A stretch of 64,000 bases of DNA from Octopus sinensis (lineage: Eukaryota). The notes under the pieces were generated by a model that was not told the DNA's origin, did not search any database, and saw nothing but the letters and a program-made list of their open reading frames with translations. This document shows, piece by piece, positions 53,971-64,000 of the stretch; position 1 is the stretch's first letter, and every line of letters starts with the position of its first letter. The DNA lies in NCBI RefSeq assembly GCF_006345805.1, contig NC_043009.1, forward strand, positions 15,376,001 through 15,440,000, in the 5' to 3' direction. Made by a program: the position numbers and the translations under genes.

Positions 53971-55199
53971 GTCAATATGCAGCTTTTCGAATACTTTGAT
54001 GGGTGCATTTTTAAGCCCTTTGAGCAGGGGCCACGATATCTTAGCATATTATTATTAGGACCAAGTATTAAAATTCTAATATTGTGACGTGGAAATTCTC
54101 TGGAAAATTTGATTTGTACGCTCTACAATATTTTCTTTTCACTTCACATTGTGTTTCTATTATATATTTATGTTTTTCAAAGAAATTAAGGAGATCAAAT
54201 ATAGAATATTAACTAAAATTATGAAACAGTTTATTAAGCATGAGGCTAATCTGTATGTATTAGATGACAATATGTACATACATTATGATGGTTGTCGACA
54301 TGTCAATCAAGTGTAACTCAAAAGCAGCCCTGGGCAGAGTATATACACATAGGCAACAAATGTGTTAAAAACCAGCAACATACAAACTCGCTGGTAAAAT
54401 GGAGCTAAATATTTACAATTTAAAACTACAAGAAGGTGGGTAGACGTTGTTTCTGTGATGCGTGATCAGAAATGGCTTTTCAGTCCATCACGAGATTTAC
54501 AGATTCTTCAAAACAATTGATTTGAAAATGTTTGAGTTCGCTGGAAGTAGTTTTCACTGAGATGCCCATGTGCCTTGGCATCATAGATTTACTTCTGCAT
54601 ACCTTATTTGAAAACAGAGTAAAGAAAGGATGGAAGCACACGAAGCCTGTACGCTGCAACAATTGTGTTTCTTGTTACATCACCCTTACACTAAAGTCAC
54701 CCCTTAATGTTTTGAGATGCTTTCTGAACACAGTTCACTTCTTCTTTATCGGACGAACCAACATGATTTAGAACAAGTCCAAGATATGTAGATTTCTCAA
54801 AACCATTCAGTTTTGTGTTTTGAAAGAAATCTTATGTTCATAATAAATTATTATCAGTCCAAATGCCATACAGGATTCGTGAAATATAAGCATTAGGTAC
54901 TGCGTGACTCTTTAAATGGGTTGCCCTGTCACATCCATCTGCACACAATCAATCTCTACAAAGGTAAATCTGTTTGTTTTTGCAGACAACCTTCTGAAAT
55001 TCAATAATTTACCTATGCTTCGACAATGAATATATCGGTAATACAGAACATCACAATAACTGCCCATATAAACGTTATACATTTTCTGCTCGATTATGTT
55101 CATTTATGTACGTATACATACATTATGGCCGTTCACTCGTGACCGTGGAAGACTATTGCTGACTTTTAGGAACATTGCACGCGGTAGGACGAACTTATA

Positions 55200-57370
55200 T
55201 TTTGCATCTGCGGCTCCGTTGGTGGCTAAAGAACCCTGCTTTTGACATGAATACACGGTTGCAAACATTGCAAACTAAGCTTTCCAAATTCACTACGCTA
55301 GCAGTGCTCTTCCGTGTAGCACGCTTAAATTTTTCATGGAGAATACGTGCTTTTTTCAAAGCTGTTGCGCCCTCTCCTTAACCTGCTTCCTCCTTCTTTG
55401 ACGATGATAGGTATTGCTCTCCCAATCGGTCTCCTGCATATCACATGTCTTTAAGGAGGACTTGGCACATTCCTTAAATCGCAGCTTTAGTTTCCTGCCG
55501 GGGTTTCTTTCAACTAACAAGTTCCCGATATAGCATCTGTTTAGGGATCCTGCTATCCTTTCCGTAACCGGTGCTTGTGCACCATCGACTCAATACACAA
55601 GATATAAGCTTTCCCCAAGACTTGTGTGTCTGGAGCTTTTAAGGTCCAACCAACATTCAGAATGTGTCTCAGACATCTCTGATGGAAGAGTTCAAGGTCC
55701 TTTACATGACTAAACGGGCGATGTCGGTACGCATGCATGGTACACAACAATTTTTGTTTGCCTTGTGATGCCATTGTGGGGCCAGGTATGAGACTCAAGA
55801 GACCGGAAGGAATCAATTGGTTTCTGCAGCCTGAAAGATATTTCATCATCCAGGGAGCAAGAATGGTTGAGTGTGCTGCCCAGTTAGACAAACTTTTCTA
55901 CCACTTTCAGTATTGTTCCTTCAACCAAGGTAACTGGTTCCACATATGGATATCCTGTTGCAGACTGGAACATACAACAGGCTTGTCCAAGCTAATGTTG
56001 AGGCCAAATACCTTCCATGAAGCAGAAATACGAAAGTACTTGCATTTTATCCACTGTATGAATGACTAAGTCACAGTTATCTGCATAAAGGAGGTCACGA
56101 ATAATAAGAGACTAGAAAACTTTTGAATTGGCAGCAAATCGGTGTAGATTAAAGAGGCGCCCAGAAGATCGATACTTTACAACTAACTTCAGCATAATTT
56201 TCATCAAACCAATCTCTGTATCAGGCAGTAGCATATCTCAGTGTTTCAGCAGCATATTGAAGAATCTGGTCTCGAAAATCTTCCCACACTGAATTATTCT
56301 CAATGCTGCACAAGCGAGTCTGAAGCTCTTTCCTCAAAACAGCATCATGTATTTTGTGGTCATTCTGACGCCGAGGAATGCCAACTTGCTTTCCTATCTT
56401 TCACTCTAATCCGAACTTTGTTCACACCAGACTGTGGTCTGTCCAGCATTCCGATACATGAAAGGACTTGACGTTACAAATATCATAGCTGTCACGCTGC
56501 AGATGATGACAAATCCAGCAAGTGCCGAACTTTAGACCTTGGATGCATGCATGTTCTTATGGGAACAAATTTGTGCATAAAATGAGTGCTTGCAACATAG
56601 AGTCCATCTTCATCTCAAAACTCCAGCAGCATAATACCATTGCTATTAATTTTCCCTACACTAAAATGTCCTAGAGAACTCCATGCTTCCTAGTTTGTTC
56701 CAACCATGTCATTGAAATCCAGGTAGAATGACTTTATCAGAACACGGAATTGTCCTAATTATGGCTCTCAGCTGGGTATTTAATGTACTTTTATCTTCAT
56801 CACAACTATTCGATGTAGGTGCAAATGTACTTATTAAAGTAGCAAACCGCCCTCATTCAGTTTCCTCTTTCAAATGGAGATGTATCCACCTCTTATTTCA
56901 TCAAGCTGACCATCACCTTCTATACGAGTCTCTGGAAGTGCAGCTATATCAATGCCATAGCGGTTCAGCTTATGAGCAACAAGTGCAGTGCATCTTTGAG
57001 GCCTACAATCACTCTTGTTATCCAAAAGAGTGCGCATATTCCAACATGAAATGTTCAAGTTCCATCCAGATTTTGTAAAAAAAAAAAGTATCCTTGTTTT
57101 GTGAGCGCACGGTGGACATCTGTCAGTCGGTGCTAAACTGACCAGACATAGAAAGAGAGGCAATTTTTGATTCACCTTTTCTAAAACCTCCCCGGCTTCC
57201 GAATCTGCAGTGCCCTCTCCAAATGGAGCTGCTCAGACACACATGCAGCAACCGAATCTTATTGCTGTCTTGGACGGTTTTATATCTAACATGGGCCGCC
57301 TATGTGCAGGTTGCTTACTACATACTTCCAATCTGTTAGGTCGGCATGCTCTGCCACCTTTCAATCATCG
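55200..57370 (-). mobile_element. Decayed, internally deleted RTE LINE (APE + RT + 5' UTR)
   Basis: ISCWNMRTLLD..RPQRCTALVAHKLNRYGIDIAALPETR..GQLDE; IRDLLYADNC; LELFHQRCLRHILNVGW. Confidence 0.85.
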
Positions 57371-58154
57371 CAGGTCTCCTGAATAAAAATAAAATAAATA
57401 TATACTAAGGATAAATAAATATATGCTGAAAATAAACAGACATATGTACTGTAAATAAAATTAATATATATAGGAGGGGAACGCGGCACATATCAAGCAG
57501 AGCTCAGCAATTCCAGTGCAGAGTTTTAGGTCCAATAAGACATGTATGGCACCTCATAGACCCTCACCACTCTATTGACATTATCCAGAAACAAGACAGA
57601 GTGAGATGTCTGGTACCCATGTGAATCACAGTCTCAGGGACATGGGGGCGCCATGATATCTAGCTCAAATTGTCAAATCCTACTCCCTGCATATCTGGTT
57701 TTATATCAGAGTGACCTTCCCCTAGAGATATGCTTCAACAGAAGCTGAAGAGTGCCTCACTATCAGTGGTCTTCTAGCACGCCGGACACTATCCCGGAAT
57801 TTCTGCGTACCCGTGCTATTCTTAGGTTAATGCGACTTTTCAACAGGTCTTGTTTTTAATTCTGCCACCCTACACACCAGGGTAGCCTGGTGAGGTTGCC
57901 ACTTTAGTCACCGACAACCCGACCATGCAACAGGCTGTACTAGACTCCATGTTACCAGTAGCACTTATGAGAGCCTCATAAGTGATTTTTACATACATAC
58001 ATGCATAAATGAATATGATCGAGCGGAAAATGTATTACATCCATATAGGCAGTTTTTGTGACGCTCTTTATCAAGATATATGCAATTCTTTATGAATTTA
58101 AAGTCTGCTATCCTCCAAAAAATGAAGAATACTAGAGCTTATAATATTAGTCAT

Positions 58155-59350
58155 ATAGGTGTGAAATTACGCGGCAGTTTTTCATAAATGCATTAGGTTA
58201 TCACACACGAAATGTCGCAATTTTAATTACTTGTTATTTCAGTCATTTGAAATCTCAATTATGTATACCCTTGCATTTAATCTTGACTCTTTCTCTTTCC
58301 AAACAATATTGGTGCGCAAAATTCTTACCCACGAACCTAATGAAAATGATAACAACCAACGAATGTTGAGGGATTTTCTTGTATGAGTACAAACTGGATT
58401 ATTCTGCCACAGAAGCTCTACAGAATATTAAGCATGCTTTGGTAATGGTGTTGTTGACACCAGAACTGTTCAGAGACCTCGTTCAGATGATAGTCTTGAT
58501 AATGAACCAAGGGGGAGGCTAAAATGAATTACTCGGCACGATGGATTAAATGCTTTGTTTGAACAGAATCCGAAAACAACGGTGCGAAAACTTTCATCAA
58601 ACTCCAAACATCTCGCATAACTTTTTACCGACACCTGAAAAAATTGGATAGGTCTGTTCCACATAAACCGAACGAGATTTATAAAAACAGGTGCCTCGAC
58701 GTGTGTTCCGTATTGCTTTCTCGACTGGAGAAAAAAACATTTTTGCATCGAATCATTACATGTCATCAGAAATGGAGAACAGGACAATGATTAAATGCAC
58801 GAGAATCACCTAAACACTACGCAAACCCATCATTGCACCCTAAAAAGTTAGTGGTCATTGTATGGTGGTCTGCAAAGTGGGTTATTCGTTATTCATTTTA
58901 CAACAAGGAAAAGTGGTAAGAGCAATATCGTATTGCCAGGAAAATGATTGTATGCACGAGAATTTGAAAAAGCAACCCAGATTAGTGAATAGAGATGACC
59001 CAATTTTGCTCCAAGACAATTCACGTCTTCACGCTTCTCAAGCTACATCTAAACAATGAGATTTTGCAACATCCTTTCTATTACCTGATGTCTCTCTTAC
59101 TCATTATCATTCATTTAAGCATTTTCAGCTTTTCATAAGCAAGAAAACATTCATAAGTAGACAAGAGGTAATAGAAGTATACGGACAGTTTTTCACAGCA
59201 AAATATGAACTTTTTTTAAAGATGGAAAATATGACTTAGACAAACGTAGGGTAAAGGTCATAAATGAACATGGATCATACTTTGGTTAAATAAATCAGTT
59301 CTTTAACACTTCTGAAACATTTTATTGTTACCTTTCAATGACAACATAAT
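58155..59350 (+). mobile_element. Decayed mariner element
   Basis: YEYKLDYSATEALQNIKHAFG..RTVQR; LHRIIT; LHPKKLVV..WW; ILLQDNSRLH; ILQHPFY.PD. Confidence 0.78.
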
Positions 59351-60216
59351 ATTTGCAAATACAACCGACACATGTACAATAAAAAGTGCACATACAATAC
59401 TTACTTAAGTTCTATAAATTCATACGAGCTAGGAGACAGTCGACGTTTAAAGCATCCATTGGTGTAAATGTGGATAGTTGTGCTAAACCTTTTATGGGAC
59501 CAAACTTGGCCCCACTGCTGTATTAGATGTTGCTCTTCATACTATTTCCTTTATTTTTTTAGGCAAAGCTCCTCGACGTTGAAAGGCATGGCTGATTCAA
59601 ATGATATCATAAATGCTGAATGTGAGTCTAGCGGAAGGTCTCTCCTTTTGTTGCTCTTAACACTTAAGACGTTTTCATTAATAATGCCCTTAGAACATGT
59701 CAATTGACCCGTCGTCGTTTACCGAAAATAACCTTACCAATATGTGGATATTTGCTAGGGATACATTTGTATTACTTTTCCCTAACCCCTTCTCCTTCTT
59801 TCTCTCCGATCTCATCAGTATCTAGAATTCCTTTCCTTTTGCGTGACACATTTGTATATATTACTTCTCTATTTTAATGTTTCAAAGCATTCAAGTGTTT
59901 CAGGTTGTACGCGTCATGTTTCCTTCCAGGTTACCACTGAGCATGTCGACATATCAACTCGTTTTCCTATTTTTTCAGCCACATTTCTTGTTATATTTGA
60001 AGGGAGTAAATCATTTACTGTGGGTGATGTGGCAAATATTTCTACCGTTATTTTGCAGTGGCACGTAAATTTTCTCCTGCTTTTTTATCACATATATTGA
60101 TTTGTACGCGTATTGAATGGAAACACCAAAAGGAACGTTTGCTTGTAAAAAGTTTTGCTAGATTTTCCATTCACGTGAGCAGTATTCCTATACAAGTTTA
60201 TATAAGCGTATATGTG

Positions 60217-60290
<74 letters not shown>

Positions 60291-61335
60291 TTGCTTATTA
60301 CAGTCTCTCTTGCATTTTGAACTAATCAGTTCAAGCAATCCAAAATTACATTTGTACATTTTTTCGCAAATCTTTCAGAATTTTTCCTGCATAAGTTCAA
60401 TGAAACGGAAAGAGAGCTCTCATAGATTAAAGGCCGGTATATTTCATGTGCTCTGATATGTTTCACTAAGAACGGATTGTCCGTTCATGTCATTTAATTT
60501 CCTAATGTCTTCAGAGAGTTATAATTCCAAGATAATTTCGAATGAAAATGTCCTGACCTTAGAAGGAACTAAACCATATATTGATCGCGTGAATCTAATG
60601 TATCTTTGTTTCTGCAGTTACTTTGTCATTATATTGCTTTCTAACAGATGAAGGAAGGAGTACAAAGTTCTAATGTTATTTAAGTAGCTTAAAAAGCATT
60701 TAAAAATATAATCAGCTAAGGTGCTTTAATTACCGAATGTACCATTCAATTAGAATTTGCTAGAATACTGTAGCATTTATTCTCAGACCAATTCAATATG
60801 AGGAAGCTAATCATACAAAAACGTGCGGTATTGAATATTAATCAACTAAATGTAGAAATACAATTTGATGGGTTCTTGGTTTACACAATAACAAACAATT
60901 CACTACTTTATAGATAGAAATAGAATGCAAAGTGGATAATCAAAATGTGAAGTGCGTCATATATTTGAAACTCATTTGATGAATATCTTTTAGATTTAGG
61001 CAAGGATGATTTCCGAATCTCAGTTCAGCAATTTGTGCTGAATGGACTCGACAACTAATTTAATGGTATACTATGTCAGACGTCGATTTTATTTAGTTAT
61101 TTAGTGGCGGGAAGTAGGTTAATTATCTCCATATTTCCACAAAAACAGCCCTGTCCAATACATCAATATGCAACTCTTTTTCCACGCTGATATCTATCTG
61201 GAACATCCTTATAGTTTAAATAAAGTTATCATATGACCTTAAAAAAAGGCAGTTCTTTTGCCTTGTTGTCAGACTGAAAATTATTATCACTCATGTGTTG
61301 GAGGACCAGGAATGGTATTCCCTCTCTCAAATTAA

Positions 61336-61566
61336 GGCGGCGAGCTGGCAGAATCGTTAGCACGCCGGGTGAAATGCTTAGCGGTATTTCATCTGCCGCT
61401 ACGTTCTGAGTCCAAATTCCGCTGAGGTCGACTTTGTCTTTCATCATTTCGGGGTCGATTAAATAAGTACCAGTTACGCACTGGGGTCGATATAATCGAC
61501 TTAATCCGTTTGTCTGTCCTTGTTTGTCCCCTCTGTGTTTAGCTCCTTGTGGCTAGTAAAGAAATA
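61336..61566 (+). mobile_element. Family A SINE with degenerate ~19-bp TSD
   Basis: Full consensus; ggtattccctctctcaaat (61314-61332) vs ggtattcactcagtcaaat (61567-61585). Confidence 0.88.
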
Positions 61567-62593
61567 GGTATTCACTCAGTCAAATCCTGGGTGATTATCT
61601 GGTTACATGAAAGAGAGAGAGAGACAGAGAGACACACAGAGAGAGACAGAGAGACAGAGAGAGAGAGAGAGAGAGGGGGGGAGAGAAATGAGGAATGATA
61701 AAGAAGTGGAAAGAGAGAGAGAGAAGAGAGATTTAGAGGAAAAGAGAGAGAGAGAGAGAGAGTCAAGATATCTTGCATGCTGCTTGCGCGTGTGTGAGTT
61801 AACGAAATGACGTTACAAGGTAATACTTCATACTTTTTTGCAACTGACGGCTCTGGTAGTATTTGAATATACTGGCATAGATTGTTTTAAAAACATATTA
61901 TTACAGAATATACCAGAATAAAATCTTTTTTCCGATTTTCCAGTTTTACAGACGGATGTTAGCTACAAATCCTTTCTAGGGTTATTTGCTTATGGTACAG
62001 TTATAGAACTTTGTGAAACTCCCAAAGAACAGGTGAGATGGTGCAAATATTTCTCAAATTAGTATTACATGTAATTTGATAATTACTGCCCTATAATATT
62101 TCGTATACTAGATGATTTATTTAGGCAAGCCATATGCGGTACAATGTAAATATATATAATTTTGTGTGTGAGTGTGTTTTTTAGTCTGTATGTCTACGTA
62201 TATGTGTATGCATATACACATACACACATACACACAAACGCGCACACAAACACATCAATTTTAGGGTAACTATCTCAAATTTTATCAGTAATTTTAATGT
62301 GTACATGTTTTAATAGCAAGTAATGAAAAAAAATATTTTGCTGCAAGAAATTTTGTTGTGATAAACCATATTTGTATTAATTATTTCCAAATGACGGTGC
62401 CATTATAGTTTGTAAAGCAATCTACTGAAACCCCTAGAAAATTTGAAAATTACTGCAAGAAAATCCAAAATATGTATCACATTAAAAGCTTTTCTTCATA
62501 TCCTGTTTAAATTAAACATAAATTAGGTAATAATTAACTGTCAATTAATCTTATGTTAATAGAATTTTTGAATTTGGGCGTACGAATATTTTG

Positions 62594-62935
62594 GAGGCAC
62601 AGGCGTGTCTTGGGCAAGTGTCTCAAAGCTTTTTGAGTGAATTTGATACATGGAAACCGTCATGTATATATACATATATGTGTATGTACGTGTATGTGTG
62701 TATGTGCGTGTGCGTGTGTATGTGTGTGTATGTGTGTGTGTGTGTGTGTTATGTGTGTGTTTGCGTTTGCTGGCTCACAACCGTTGTTAGTGTGTTTAAA
62801 TGTCCGTAACTTAGCGGCTCGGCAAAAGGAACAGATAAAATAAGTATTAGGCTTCAAAAGTTCACAACTAAATTTCTTCAAGGTTTTGCCCCGACACAGC
62901 ATTAGTCTAATGAATGTAAGACGTAAAAGATAAAA
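62594..62935 (+). mobile_element. Family C SINE, deleted/diverged, with internal (GT)n
   Basis: ttgggcaagtgtct..(GT)n..cgtaacttagcggctcggcaaaag. Confidence 0.6.
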
Positions 62936-64000
62936 GGAGGTTGAAGTATAAAACAGTTGAAACATTCCTGGAATATGACTGCTTATTATGAGTGGTAGTT
63001 AATACACATTCATTATAGTAGTGTCATATAAAATCGATGTATTTACACATAACAATAATTAAATATTTCGTTAAGAATGAAGTTTTGTTGTAGTTATACA
63101 GAAATTTTTAATGTAAATAAAGTAATAAATTTGTATACCATTGAAATAAATATTTGGAAACACACAATTAGGCACATAAATGTCTGGAAAATGCTCACAT
63201 TTTAGCCATTATTTTCGGTTATTTGCTTTATAGCAATTGTGCAATATTATTAAGAAAACAGCTTTTATTGAATTTTTACAGACAAAATTGAAAGACGTGA
63301 AACTAAGGTAACTATAGGAAATGGCATTATTATATAATAAATAATTTATTGTTATATTGTTATATATGCTTTAAAGTAGATGATAAAAGAGTTTCACTAA
63401 CACAAAGTGAAACCAATGAAAACATTCTAATTGTAGTAGCAGCAGTAGTAGTAGTTATTTTTGCTGTTGTTTCATTTTTGCCAATAGATCACATTCATAC
63501 TTGAAATGTATATAAGTGTGTTAACTTATATAAAAATCAGGGTGATTGCACAAAGAATATGTTGATTATGGAAAGCCCAGCTATATTTGGAAAATATATT
63601 TGAAGGAAGTATGAAAACAAATGAGGTGTTACACAGAATCAGACACACATTCAGGCACATAAACATACAGACACAGACACACAAACACACACACACACAC
63701 ACATTTGCACCCGCTATAAGTGTAGCAAGATAACCAGGCTGGCACAGAGTCGGAAAACACCACGAATATACAAAGATACAACCCAACTTATGAAAATAGG
63801 AAGAGAGACGCATGTAAGGACTTTCTTCACGAAAGAATGATCATCCGATGCCCCTATGGTATTATAGAACATGGATGTAATTTTTAATATGTTTTCATTT
63901 CAATGTTTCCAGCTCAAATTTCTCCTTTTCAAATAAAACATCGGCCCCATTGATATAATTCAGGACGCACATTCTGGGTCAGATAGATTACTCGCAGGAT

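Noticed and set aside
54250-55100. Possible DNA-transposase remnant (Cys-rich snippets)
   Set aside because: No ordered catalytic motifs or termini recognisable by eye

Overview
AT-rich eukaryotic DNA with no supportable host gene, rRNA, tRNA gene or CRISPR array. It is almost entirely transposable-element debris and microsatellites; the SINE families and the (TA)n/(AAT)n/(CA)n load suggest a coleoid cephalopod such as Octopus (inference from recalled repeat families, not a search). Coding remnants: (1) R4/Dong-type non-LTR retrotransposons (RT + CCHC + PD-(D/E)xK endonuclease) anchored in (TAA)n arrays, one nearly intact (4973-7520); (2) a 5'-truncated Penelope-like element (RT + GIY-YIG) between two (TA)n arrays (25848-28110); (3) decayed RTE and CR1-like LINEs, Tc1/mariner and Helitron fragments; (4) several tRNA-derived SINE families, some with clear TSDs. 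The most unusual signal is a recurring set of sequence-unrelated non-coding fold-back inserts in or beside (TA)n. These carry minimal hammerhead-ribozyme cores with a palindromic stem III. They include a clean U3-A8 core variant at the Penelope 3' end (25900-25937) and a ~560 bp hairpin whose turn coincides with a predicted hammerhead cleavage site (29034-29590). Most ORFs in the supplied track are microsatellite artefacts. All coordinates were read by eye, and boundaries of decayed elements are approximate.
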